DNA from: Candidatus Latescibacterota bacterium
GTDB taxonomy: Bacteria > Latescibacterota > UBA2968
Length of the DNA stretch: 64,000 nt
Direction: 5' to 3'
NCBI GenBank assembly: GCA_965204375.1
Contig: OZ241986.1
Location: 4,160,001 to 4,224,000, forward strand
The notes beneath the pieces are model-generated. The model was not told the origin of the DNA. It searched no databases and saw only the letters and a list, made by a program, of their open reading frames with translations. This document shows positions 50,801 to 59,051 of this stretch, piece after piece. Positions within the stretch are counted from its first letter, which is position 1; the number at the start of each line of letters is the position of its first letter. The position numbers were made by a program, and so were the translations under genes.

Positions 50801-51952
50801 CGTCACAGACACAGCCACAGTCGTGGCACCCATCCCCTCTGTCAATTCCATAGGATCGACCACAACTGCGACGACATTAGCCTGGTCATCATCTATGATG
50901 GTTACAGTCTGAGTCGCAGGCGATTCCTCAGTGCCGACTATATAGTCCATCGCTTCGGCGGTTATTTCAACCGTTTCATCATTCATATCGGCATCATTGG
51001 CTGGCGTAATAGTTAGCACTACTGTTTCTTCGGTTGCGCTTCCGGCTACAGTAACACCACCCGTAATTTGGGAAACCCCACCACCAAGCGTAGCAGTCAC
51101 CGTCACCGTCACATCATCTGTATTGTCTTCGGGACGTACTAATGTCAAAGACACAGTCACAGTCTGTGGACCATCTCCCTCTGTCAATCTCTCAGGACTG
51201 ACCGCAAAGGTCAGGCCCCCCTCATCATCATCAATGGTCACAGTTGCAGCGACGGGTACAAAGTGAGCCAATACAGCGGTTATCAAAACGTCTTCATCTT
51301 CTGCATTATTATTATCATCGGGTGGCGTAATAACCAGATCTCCAGTGGCTGAGCTTGCCTCGAGTGCTACAGTAAGAACCGCCGTCCCAATATTCTCATC
51401 ACCAAGCATGGCATTCACAGTCACATCTGACGCTGCTGTCACAGTCGAAGCGACACCCTCAGCAAAATTGCCACGTCCTGCTAATTCCAACGTCACAGCC
51501 ACGGTTTGGGCACCGCCCCCCTCTGTCACTGTTGCAGGAGTGACGGAAGCCGTCACTTCTCCCTCATCGTCATTAATAGCCAGGGCTGCCGTGCCGCTTT
51601 GATAGCCAGACAATGCGCCGGTCACCGTAGTTGTCTTATCCTTCGCATCGGCATCCTGCCTTGCCGTAATATTCAGCGTGCCGGTAGCAGAGCCGTCAGT
51701 ATCAGTTGTTACAGTAATAGGAATTGAACCGCCCATCGCATCAGCGGCGTCAACACTCACCATTACTACTACCGTTGTGCCTGCGGCAAGGTCTGGCGTT
51801 AAATCTACAGTCACCGTTACCTCGATCTGAGTCCCCTCTACAACTGTAGTGGGGCTAAGCGTAATTCCAACTTGTGCAAAGCTATCTGGCACTCCAAGCC
51901 CAAGCGTGAGCAATAGAGCCGCCAAAAAGCCAATTGTTTTGTGAAAATTCAT
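44873..51952 (-). CDS. Giant (2359 aa) secreted adhesin-like protein: ~8-9 Calx-beta-like repeats, dockerin-like, cohesin-like and FlgD-Ig-like tail
   Basis: Signal peptide; ~110-aa repeats xSPxxLTEG..TIxDDD; ADVNDDGMVSVADFSEF; NFPNPFNP..VRKLMLLK; AGGAGG RBS. Confidence 0.85.
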   Translation of the reverse strand: MNFHKTIGFLAALLLTLGLGVPDSFAQVGITLSPTTVVEGTQIEVTVTVDLTPDLAAGTTVVVMVSVDAADAMGGSIPITVTTDTDGSATGTLNITARQDADAKDKTTTVTGALSGYQSGTAALAINDDEGEVTASVTPATVTEGGGAQTVAVTLELAGRGNFAEGVASTVTAASDVTVNAMLGDENIGTAVLTVALEASSATGDLVITPPDDNNNAEDEDVLITAVLAHFVPVAATVTIDDDEGGLTFAVSPERLTEGDGPQTVTVSLTLVRPEDNTDDVTVTVTATLGGGVSQITGGVTVAGSATEETVVLTITPANDADMNDETVEITAEAMDYIVGTEESPATQTVTIIDDDQANVVAVVVDPMELTEGMGATTVAVSVTLTPVSLTSDVTVTVDANAGGFTIATTTITVAANMEGMAGTLVIDPPDDDGNDVDDVIVVSATGSTVPEGGTPEDDEVTYTGDPANITVKDIHKTDGTIQLAFSAEEVQEDAGPTDIAVTVTLQPAPQAATPVVLTATIGETMHSSTTVTVPTTGTGIGALRITPTNDQENMGDVAVTVNAEAEGYDFPTPDMLTIVEDDIPARTIELAISPKTLTEETGADDATVAVTLTLTPAPSSNVSVTVNATSGGFIISSVTVTVTGGSDTGSGNLFIPRGDDPDDDDQIVTVATAAAVPGYGTPDSQTLTIEDDDKEQTVTITLSPDELTEEGGAQVVTVTVMLEHAPLTGEGDMVKVTARSNGVTIDSDDVDVSSGSGTGMLTIRPAPDADSDHETVVVTATYDDDDDGDEDEPTPELMATATLTIVDTEGGPIVPPAVGMVTLTTDTDRVREDARARSIQVTATLPEAPGTGNTVVVMVTGTVEGTDGGTTVSSVDISISGTNTSGTGTLTITPHNDDAYTTRTVKLTATASGYNSGEAAPIVIVDNDASKGTLSFSNAQPPSVTMGGGAQSVTLTVKVVLATADAEIPNPLVVNVMTDKGTLASPTVSITNIRQHPDHDPATRLADGTIPVVLSLNAAEAAAAGTITVTASAENYVSGTRTIPIRARGALDIAGYRAVLVKPAANGWAPVGNDKVIVDLKRVGSVAYPWSDFTSIKVSVRDTAHNSYEIDAVTARNFNLEDGGTLTFEEPGSRSRGDVIWRGNDTVRFEIRIRPRNDQGSTDPASNGQYLGAYAHIEFTAGNGLTESFTNRDSDKPVYPSNPSLVSEADRYKGDGKLFKVDNLVPSNAAIAGVNVTNKDGEPVTAVKVGDEVRVAVAVSGNVLFRDSGIRVQIQPQDGTGSYRGKTYTAAQVAPFTKTVNFSASQVIAAASDSLRTSWKITEGFFEHKTDDFVDFIGSRGTRFQPDNATGRVLVQVKDQAANYSGARITTFAADSRSPKVSILYPSADPDSLFDHTHPMRFSGATFSTVEGRNVDKHLNPLVISVDEALSSLQVFAVGADTLTIANYRDGLVGMSGDPGKVDSIEVDTSPLSSTKKDGEGDDDKYPDTAFVPSSANVAGTEITLAILATDTRGNTTKTTMSGVTHDAAKPMLSDWFPKNSLLPDGQINDATRHPVFELPEAVDSIAVTFAASGGATIVEERAGVTAKGETQVVFSKALTDEESYTMTIFTRDLAGNVSITPQDESENMRFNAQFDNPRANQFSITNMTAVTATNETAADSVIAGQAIVLEVQAIDHDASSDTKRDALTYKNVDENGNTAAEVRISAWDANGGVAGSVWFEGTGVMDDAEPDGMATLDAAGWLLGKRDVTAKSNKATGLIKILIEHRNAGTGSTTVAEFNGDIDSLYVGAADFNKFMITAEKGGEKVESVDTGDKFTLRVVPVDRHYNPSVRAFKSDPASAEDSLAVLDTRAKDNAYDYKDGFAITIRSSPTLKGLPAFEWQLDPEGWPFTVTAPDEAGDVSIQVRIDNTTLNSDDKRSQNTRTGASVTIVMPLTPELTLWVPGMDTDQAGNNVEIPADPGTITVTVAAEGYNAGSMVTFTKNGTAMDPVAANDDGTATLDITMAEAGTVTVSATDGRYPADELAITFVQGSARMAYVDANGDPVYLVYAGDAPSDMTVGVDDFLALVAAFGSSEGDENYNAQADVNDDGMVSVADFSEFIKSFGRTAVGPATKPLVLLPGINENAEFTLSLGSERVIAGETVAVDVSLANVAALIGYGFALNYETDKFEFVSVAPADEDLLKSTGGETLFHHVVADGQITVANGVYNGTAVSGGGDVVRFVFRVLREFEDNARFEIADGLVFDPSQLQNPAVVAGVLELQSTPREFALHQNFPNPFNPDTTIKYDLAESADVTLQIYNVLGQVVRTLVASEAQNAGRYQIRWNGMDDRGVPVSSGIYFYQIAADGKFSDVRKLMLLK

Positions 51953-52024
51953 CCTATCGACCTCCTAAAAAAAAGTCAGGATCGAGTAAATGATTGTTTA
52001 CGAACATTTTGATTCTACTGCGAT

Positions 52025-52049
52025 GAACTGGTTTGAAACCAGTTCCTAC
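52025..52049. repeat. REP-like hairpin in the leader
   Basis: GAACTGGTTTGAAACCAGTTCCTAC. Confidence 0.75.
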
Positions 52050-52399
52050 ATTCTCGCGCTGTCTCCAGCGGTTTTTAAGACCGGACCCCAGAACAGGGTG
52101 AGAGCCGCGACCTTTGCGGAGCAACGGAGAAGCACTACCAGATTCCAAATTTATATCCCTCCCTTCAACTGACTTGTTTTCATTTTCTTAAATTCCTTAT
52201 CTAACAACAGGTTACGTAACAACTTATGAACTCGGCATTTTATTCGAGTACCTCCTTCCAAAAACAGCCTAACACACACCAATGCAACATCCTCACAATC
52301 GCATTGAGGAGCAATGCGTTAGGAAAAAACAATACCTCTTCTGTTTTGTTTAACGTTTGGTTCATGGGAACTACTCCACCTTAAATATACGACGGGCTA

Positions 52400-52428
52400 A
52401 TTATATGCAATCAAAATGGTAGTGTCAA
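52400..52428 (-). promoter_or_regulatory. Perfect sigma70 consensus promoter
   Basis: On the - strand: TTGACA (52428-52423), 17 nt, TATAAT (52405-52400). Confidence 0.85.
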
Positions 52429-52485
52429 GCGTTTTTTGTATCATAATGATATGATCATAAAAAAGAATGGTAAGATTCCAGCTTC

Positions 52486-52953
52486 TTAAAGAACTTTCAA
52501 AATATACGTCATAATTGCCAACACGATTGTCAGGCAAGCAGTCACAATGCCCGCACTCCAATATATCCGTGTCGCAAGCGCATCAAATCTATTGTCCATA
52601 CGCAACCCCATCGCATCGAAATGCTCATCAACCTTATCGACCTTCTCATCAATCTTATCAAACCTATCATCCACATAAATTCGCAACTCTTTTACCGTGT
52701 TGTCAATACGCTCAACCGTTGTTTCCAGCCTGACAAGACGCTTGTCAATGTTGCCAATCACGATTTCATTCTGGCGGATGCGTTCCGCATTCTGCGTTAT
52801 CTGTTTGTCCAACCGCTTTAACACCTCATCCTGAACCGCGCGATGGGCGTCTAACCTCTCGAATATGCCAATCTGAGTTTCATGGTATCCCTCAAATTGT
52901 TTGGACATCATTTCAATAGCTGTTTCAATACGGCTTTCGTCAACCTCAGCCAT
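52486..52953 (-). CDS. Coiled-coil protein with C-terminal membrane anchor (hypothetical)
   Basis: GAGGAGG RBS, heptad repeats, C-terminal hydrophobic helix. Confidence 0.75.
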   Translation of the reverse strand: MAEVDESRIETAIEMMSKQFEGYHETQIGIFERLDAHRAVQDEVLKRLDKQITQNAERIRQNEIVIGNIDKRLVRLETTVERIDNTVKELRIYVDDRFDKIDEKVDKVDEHFDAMGLRMDNRFDALATRIYWSAGIVTACLTIVLAIMTYILKVL

Positions 52954-53102
52954 TGGAATACCTCCTCTAATTAACGACTGGCGAGTGCTCTATTACAGAA
53001 TATAACATCCTGTGTGTAGCTCATCAAGTCATTTGAAAAAAATTGACCTTTGCGCCGAATCCTATTCGACGCAGGTGTACACCCGCCATCAAATGATGAA
53101 AG

Positions 53103-54029
53103 TCAAAGGTGAATGGCATCGGTAACAGCCGCGAAAATGCTATCGGGATCGAGACCGCCGCGTGCCCGCAAATAGTATTGATCGCCAGACACGCCTTTTG
53201 TGCTGCCCTCTGGCAGACTAAACGGCAACAGCGCGGCGCGATCTCCCGACAATTGCGCCAGACAAGACGCCACGGCCTCGCTTAGGCCGCCGATAGGCCC
53301 GTGCTCTTCGAGCGTACACAAAAGCGTGGCTCGTCGCGCAGCCGCGGTGACATAAGCCGTATTCAGCGGCTTGAGAAATGGCACACTCGTCACCCCCGCA
53401 TCAACGCCCTGTTGGGCGAGTTGCTCGGCGACCTGCAATGCGGACTCCAGCATACCGCCCGTACTCAGCAGGATCACATCGTTGCCCTCTTGTACTTCAA
53501 TCACCTCCCCGATCTCAAGCGATGGAACCGCATCGTGCAAAATGGCTTCGCCCGCCTTGCCCAGACGCAAAAAGCCCGGACCCGGATGATCGACCAGCGC
53601 ACGGGTCAACGCGCGAACCTCTAAAGGATCGCCCGGCGCGGCCACCACCATATTCGGCAACGACCGCATCACCGCCAGATCTTCAACCGCGTGATGGCTA
53701 TACCCCTGGGCACCATAAGCCACGCCCCCTCCGACGGACACAACAGTTACATTGCAATCGTGGTAACAGACATCATTCCTGATCTGCTCGAGACAACGCA
53801 ACGTCGGAAAATTTGCAATAGAGTAACAAAACGCGACATAACCGCCCTGCGCCAGCCCGGCTGCAATACCGATCATATTCTGCTCGGCAACCCCCACATT
53901 GACAAACCTGTTGGGAAACCGCTCAAAAAAAGGTTCCAGCACAGAATAACCCAGATCCCCACACAACAAAAAGATGCGATCATCCGCATCAGCCAGTTCC
54001 AGCAGCGTATTAATAAACATCGTCCGCAT
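53103..54029 (-). CDS. Transketolase-like, C-terminal subunit
   Basis: GDLGYSV, NVGVAEQNMIG.AAGLA, HHAVED, LRLGK, TLEEH. Confidence 0.93.
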   Translation of the reverse strand: MRTMFINTLLELADADDRIFLLCGDLGYSVLEPFFERFPNRFVNVGVAEQNMIGIAAGLAQGGYVAFCYSIANFPTLRCLEQIRNDVCYHDCNVTVVSVGGGVAYGAQGYSHHAVEDLAVMRSLPNMVVAAPGDPLEVRALTRALVDHPGPGFLRLGKAGEAILHDAVPSLEIGEVIEVQEGNDVILLSTGGMLESALQVAEQLAQQGVDAGVTSVPFLKPLNTAYVTAAARRATLLCTLEEHGPIGGLSEAVASCLAQLSGDRAALLPFSLPEGSTKGVSGDQYYLRARGGLDPDSIFAAVTDAIHL

Positions 54030-54850
54030 CACCCACCCCCCACCTCTCGCAGTGCCGCGGCGAGTTGGTCGTCGTCGGGATTGCGGTAATGCCAGAGCAA
54101 ATCGTCCTCCATAAAACTCACGCCCTTGCCCTTCACCGTATGCGCGATCAACGCCAGAGGACAATCAGCACTCGCATCCGCACTTTGCAAAGCATCATCG
54201 ATAGCGACCAGATCGTGACCATCAATCTCCAAAACCCGCCAGCCAAAAGCCCGCCACTTATCTGCGAGCGGCTCCAGATTGAGAACCTCTGCAACCGTGC
54301 CAAAACTCTGAATTTTATTATAATCGATTATAACCGTCAAATTACCGAGCCGGTGGTGCGGTGCAAAAAGCGCCGCCTCCCAGATAGACCCCTCGTCGCA
54401 TTCTCCATCACTCAGCAAAACAAAACAACGGTACGGATCGGACGCCCTGCGCCCGGCCAATGCCATGCCGCAGCCGATGGAAAGCCCGTGCCCAAGCGAA
54501 CCCGTTGACACCTCCACGCCCGGCACACCCAGATGGTTAATATGCCCGGTCAGGGGAGAACCATCCGCGCAATAGCGGTCCAACCATTCCACCGGAAAAA
54601 ACCCGCGTTCTGCCAGCGCCGCATACAAAATCGCAGTACCGTGCCCCTTGCTCAAAACAAATCGGTCGCGCCCGGACCAATCGGGACGCTTTGGGTCAAT
54701 CCTCAGCGTGCGACAATACAACACCGCCAGCAAATCGGCCATAGACAAACAGGTACCGATATGCGAAGCCCCCGCGTGATGCACCATACACAGCGCATGC
54801 CGACGAATCCTCGCGGCGAATGTGGCAATGTGTTCAACAGTCTCGTTCAT
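54029..54850 (-). CDS. Transketolase-like, N-terminal (TPP-binding) subunit
   Basis: SHIG..LS, DRFVLSKGH, STGSLGHGL, SDGECDEGSIWEA..N, HTVKGKGVSFME. Confidence 0.93.
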   Translation of the reverse strand: MNETVEHIATFAARIRRHALCMVHHAGASHIGTCLSMADLLAVLYCRTLRIDPKRPDWSGRDRFVLSKGHGTAILYAALAERGFFPVEWLDRYCADGSPLTGHINHLGVPGVEVSTGSLGHGLSIGCGMALAGRRASDPYRCFVLLSDGECDEGSIWEAALFAPHHRLGNLTVIIDYNKIQSFGTVAEVLNLEPLADKWRAFGWRVLEIDGHDLVAIDDALQSADASADCPLALIAHTVKGKGVSFMEDDLLWHYRNPDDDQLAAALREVGGG

Positions 54851-54876
54851 AAAGATCTCTATATGTCATCCAGCTT

Positions 54877-55836
54877 TTAGCTTTCCTCATCTGGAGGTTC
54901 AAAATTGATGCGTAGCACATCGTCCATCACCGGACCCCGACGAACCTGTGAATGAATTGCGGCAATGTACTCCCCCAGGATACCGATAAAGAACAACTGC
55001 ACCCCACCGAAGAAGAACAAACCAACGACCAGAGTCGCAATCCCGTCCGGTGCTATGCCGAGAAAAACCAGATTAATTATCAACTGAATCAAAGCGTAAA
55101 CGATACTCCCGGCGGCCAATGTGAACCCGACAAAAACGCTCAACCGCATGGGTATGTTCGATGTTGAGACCAATCCGTTAAATGCCTGGTCAATAAGGTT
55201 GTAGAACCTGTTCTTGGACTTTCCTGAACGGCGCTTCTGCCACTCGTAATCCACGCCAATGGCGCGTTGTCCGCACTGAGCGATCAGTCCGCGGATATAG
55301 GGGTAGTAATCATCCACCACAGAGAGACGGTCAGCCACCGAACGGTCAATAAGTTGGAACTCGCCCGTGTCGAGCGGAATATTGATATCAGCCATGCGGG
55401 ACACGAGGCGGTAATAGAGCCAGCGCGCCCCGCGCAGCCAAAACTGTTCTCGACGTTTCCGGCGCACACCGTACACCACTTTGTAGCCAGCCTTCCATTG
55501 CCGCACAAATTCGGCGATAATGGCGGGCGGATCTTGAAGGTCCGCGGCTAATTGGACGACGACCGCGTCGCCCGAGGCGCTCCTCAAGGCATTAAAGGTA
55601 TTGCGAAACGGCCCCAGGTTGCGTGCATTGACAATAATTTTCACGCGCTGGTCGTCTCGTGCCATAGCCAACAGTTTTTTGACGGTCTCGTCGTGTGAGG
55701 CGTTGTCCGAAAAAATGTGCTCATATTCATACTCGGGCAACTGTTCTCGGAACACTTTGCGGACTTCGTCACGGCAGGTCTCGACATTATCCTCTTCGTT
55801 AAAACAGGGCGTGATAATAGAAATAAGGGTGGACAT
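54877..55836 (-). CDS. GT2 polyprenol-phosphate glycosyltransferase (GtrB/ArnC-like)
   Basis: SIITPCFNEE, DNASHDET, ADLQDPP, TGEFQLIDR, two C-terminal TM helices, GILGEYI. Confidence 0.9.
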   Translation of the reverse strand: MSTLISIITPCFNEEDNVETCRDEVRKVFREQLPEYEYEHIFSDNASHDETVKKLLAMARDDQRVKIIVNARNLGPFRNTFNALRSASGDAVVVQLAADLQDPPAIIAEFVRQWKAGYKVVYGVRRKRREQFWLRGARWLYYRLVSRMADINIPLDTGEFQLIDRSVADRLSVVDDYYPYIRGLIAQCGQRAIGVDYEWQKRRSGKSKNRFYNLIDQAFNGLVSTSNIPMRLSVFVGFTLAAGSIVYALIQLIINLVFLGIAPDGIATLVVGLFFFGGVQLFFIGILGEYIAAIHSQVRRGPVMDDVLRINFEPPDEES

Positions 55837-55962
55837 ATACGTCGTCCCTACATTGTGTAGATAGGTCTCAGATTTGTATTTGGCTTCATGGAGGCCCGCG
55901 CTCTTCAAGCGCACACAAAAGCACAGCCCGCCGCGCAACCGCAGTGACATAAGGGGATACCT

Positions 55963-56883
55963 TCAACGGTTTCGCGCATCGAAATCCCTCACAGTTTCCG
56001 CAAGCCCGTCGCGCAGCGACCAACGGGGAACCCAGCCAGTTACCTTCGTCAAACGCGCAATGTCCGCTTGCAGGTGCATGACTTGATCCCTTCTGAAGGG
56101 CACCTCACCAAAACCCAGTTCTGCACCGGGTGCCGCGAGATCCCGCAGTGTCTCGACCGTTTCCTTCAGCGGAGGAGCCTGACCCGATCCGAGGTTGAAA
56201 ACACCTTCTGCTCCAGCCGTGAGAGCAACGCCCGCGATGGCCGCTGCAGCATCTTCGCCATAGAGATAATCCCACCGCTGTTCGCAAGTAGTCAGACTGG
56301 GACGCTCGCCCTTTCGCAACGCAGACAGAATATAGGGAAACAACCAGCCGCCATTATCTTCGGGACCATAAGTCGAGAAAATTCTGATATAGGCAAAACG
56401 CACACCGCGTTGGACACAAATTGCCCCACACATCTGACCGGCAGCCAGCTTGGCCATACCATATAGCGTCGTGGGACGAGTCGGCACGGTCTCATCAACC
56501 AGCCTGTTGGCTGCACCGTATTCCGCCTGTGATCCCAGCCCAACGAATGCGCTGATGCCGAGTTCAGCGGATAGCACCGCGAGCCTCGTAGTCGATACGA
56601 TGTTCTCCGCCTGACGCGGGTTGTCGCGCTCGGTATTGCTCACTCCGTCCCACGCGGCGTGAATGACACCTTGTGGTTGGAAGTCTGCGAGCGCGTCTCG
56701 CCAGCTACTGGCCTCCTCCATCCGCCCATCTATCAGTATCGTCTGCTCCAGGCAATCGCGGACGCGCCACAGATCGCTTTCGGGGCGAACCAATGCGGCC
56801 ACGGTATGCCCTTCACGCAACAGGTGGCGAAGAATTTTTGATCCGAGAAAACCGGTCGCACCGGTAAGAAAAAAGCGTGTCAT
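55963..56883 (-). CDS. NAD-dependent epimerase/dehydratase (dideoxyhexose reductase-like)
   Basis: LTGATGFLG, GSQAEYG, YGMAK, RIFSTYGP, FNLGSG. Confidence 0.88.
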   Translation of the reverse strand: MTRFFLTGATGFLGSKILRHLLREGHTVAALVRPESDLWRVRDCLEQTILIDGRMEEASSWRDALADFQPQGVIHAAWDGVSNTERDNPRQAENIVSTTRLAVLSAELGISAFVGLGSQAEYGAANRLVDETVPTRPTTLYGMAKLAAGQMCGAICVQRGVRFAYIRIFSTYGPEDNGGWLFPYILSALRKGERPSLTTCEQRWDYLYGEDAAAAIAGVALTAGAEGVFNLGSGQAPPLKETVETLRDLAAPGAELGFGEVPFRRDQVMHLQADIARLTKVTGWVPRWSLRDGLAETVRDFDARNR

Positions 56884-56919
56884 TATATAATAGTGGATAG
56901 TGTTGCGACAATCAGCACA

Positions 56920-58017
56920 TTATGCAAACAGAACACCTTTCGCCCCTTCCAGAGCGCGACTGACCGCAATCATACCGCGGTGAATCCGCTCGTATGCGGG
57001 TTGACGCCCTGGTAAATCCGGGTAAGCGAAACGATGCCGATGCACGGTTTTCGACAACGCGATCCGCAGGAACGACAACGCGCATCGCAATCGAAACCCA
57101 TCTTCCTGCGCCGCCGGGCCATAGCCTCGCAGAAAAGCAGCATAGCGACGCGGCGGATGGAAAGTCAACCACATGGCGACATCAAAGGCGGGGTCGCCAA
57201 TTAAGGCATCCTCCCAGTCAATCAGAGCCACCACAGCGTTATTCTGAACAAAAATATTGTGGTTGCCCAGATCGCCGTGTAACAACCGCGCCGGCACATC
57301 AATACAGACTGCGGCATGATCGGTGAAAATTTCCAATATCGCCTCTGACTGGCCCGAAGTGATCGCACCAATCGCCCGACATCCCGCGACATGCATCTCC
57401 AAATTGAGCATCATGTAGTCGCGCCAGTCGGAATGGAGGCCGCACAACTTCTCGCCATTGTCCGTTTGCAGACCAATCGGCCCACCACCATGCCCTTTTA
57501 TCGCGTGCAGATCGCGCATAACTTGCCCCACGCTACGCAAAAGGGCGGGACATTCGCACACAGTTTCCGGCAGATCGCACAATGCCTCACCCGGTGCCAT
57601 ATCCAAAATTGCAAGATCGAACGGCACAACGCGCTTTGCCCCAACCGCAACTGCTCGTACGGACACATGCGGCACACGGGTACCCATCAAATACGATGCG
57701 ACCACCGCTTCAATATTCAACGTATCATCGGGATCCATCACGTCGGGACGACTGGAACGCACGACCAGCGGCGGCAGGCTACCACGCACGATATGTACCA
57801 GGTGAAACGTGCCCTGTCGCGGTGCAGGCGTCACGTCAATTGGGTCCAATCCGAGCAAAGACTTAACGGCGGTCTCAATCATCGGCGTGCGACGCACAGC
57901 CTCATCCTGCGCCGTATCTCGCAATCGCCTCAACCGCACATCATCGCACGCGATATCCGTCTTCGCGTAGAACCATGTTCGGCGCACATCGCCATTAGCT
58001 AAGTCGTCTTTCTTCAT
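56920..58017 (-). CDS. Aminoglycoside-phosphotransferase-like kinase
   Basis: LLHGDLGNHNIF, LIDWED, GDPAFD. Confidence 0.82.
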   Translation of the reverse strand: MKKDDLANGDVRRTWFYAKTDIACDDVRLRRLRDTAQDEAVRRTPMIETAVKSLLGLDPIDVTPAPRQGTFHLVHIVRGSLPPLVVRSSRPDVMDPDDTLNIEAVVASYLMGTRVPHVSVRAVAVGAKRVVPFDLAILDMAPGEALCDLPETVCECPALLRSVGQVMRDLHAIKGHGGGPIGLQTDNGEKLCGLHSDWRDYMMLNLEMHVAGCRAIGAITSGQSEAILEIFTDHAAVCIDVPARLLHGDLGNHNIFVQNNAVVALIDWEDALIGDPAFDVAMWLTFHPPRRYAAFLRGYGPAAQEDGFRLRCALSFLRIALSKTVHRHRFAYPDLPGRQPAYERIHRGMIAVSRALEGAKGVLFA

Positions 58018-58024
58018 GGTAGGC

Positions 58025-58954
58025 CTAAGCGAGGTCCTCATAATTGAGCAAGGAAAGCATCGGAGCGCAACGGCTCTTGATTTCGGCTTTCTGATCTGCG
58101 GACAGTTCATTCATAGTAGCGGCATTGACCTCGGTCGTCGGCACTCGAATCGTCCCCCAGGGATAGACCTCATCCATTGGCTGACCATTCCAGGAGGGTT
58201 GTAGCAGCGTGTCGGAAAACGCAATGCCCAGTACGTCGGCCAGTTTGCCCATAGTCTCGTGAGGATTGGCGATGAGATCTTCAAAACGCACAATGTGAAA
58301 ACGGTCCGGGTAACGTCCAGCCAGCATCAAGGCGTGATGCTGCATGAACGCCCAGGTCATGGCGTAGCGCGAAATAGACAGCGGAAAAGGCCGCTTGACG
58401 GTATCGGCATAAGCCGACCACGGATTGCGAACCACATGGATGATGTGCCCATTGGGAAAGTCCGCGAGAATCTGTTCGCCATCGAACCCGATAACCGGAC
58501 TGTAGCCCACAATGCCGGTCTCGCTACCGCTCACCTGTTCATTTTCCCAGGCATCGAAAGTTGCCTGAAAAAAAGCCGCGACAATATTGCCCCGCGTGCG
58601 CGGTTGAGTCGCTAAGAGTTCGCAAAACCGCCGCTTGCGCTCGGACTCATCCATCACCAGGTCGGCACCGCGGAACTTACTGACCTTTCGATTGCGTAGA
58701 AAAGTCTTGAGTTCCTCATCAAAGAACAGTTCGTAATCCTCATCCGGGTCGGACGATACGGGAAAATCGGGATAACGGTATTTGAAGGGAAAAAGAGAGG
58801 ACAGAAAATCACTGCAACGGGCATTGCCGAGTTGCGACTCAAAGGGATAAACGTGAAGTGCTGAATGCCCATCCAGGAACCGATGCGTCACATTTCCACC
58901 ATTTTCATACATTGCAGAAATCATGATGAGATTAAAAGTGTTGGTATCGTTCAT
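58025..58954 (-). CDS. Sulfotransferase-family protein
   Basis: LDGHS.L, IIHVVRNPWSAY, IVRFEDLIANP..LADVLGI; PAPS-binding loop atypical. Confidence 0.7.
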   Translation of the reverse strand: MNDTNTFNLIMISAMYENGGNVTHRFLDGHSALHVYPFESQLGNARCSDFLSSLFPFKYRYPDFPVSSDPDEDYELFFDEELKTFLRNRKVSKFRGADLVMDESERKRRFCELLATQPRTRGNIVAAFFQATFDAWENEQVSGSETGIVGYSPVIGFDGEQILADFPNGHIIHVVRNPWSAYADTVKRPFPLSISRYAMTWAFMQHHALMLAGRYPDRFHIVRFEDLIANPHETMGKLADVLGIAFSDTLLQPSWNGQPMDEVYPWGTIRVPTTEVNAATMNELSADQKAEIKSRCAPMLSLLNYEDLA

Positions 58955-58957
58955 TTT

Positions 58958-59030
58958 TTATTTCCTTACTTGAGTTTTCATATAAGCGCGGACCTGTTTA
59001 CGGGTCACACGCCTCATGTTCGTATCCTTT
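58958..59030 (-). pseudogene. Relic copy of the rfbG 3' end
   Basis: Translates as DTNMRRVTRKQVRAYMKTQVRK*, versus DADMGRVTREQICAYMETRA in rfbG; 41 of 53 nt match 61507-61559. Confidence 0.75.
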
Positions 59031-59051
59031 GAAGACCGTACATTCCCTGAA

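Noticed and set aside
51954-52148. 64-aa ORF directly upstream of the giant gene
   Set aside because: It contains a REP-derived segment (VGTGFKPV) and has no family features; more likely leader sequence.
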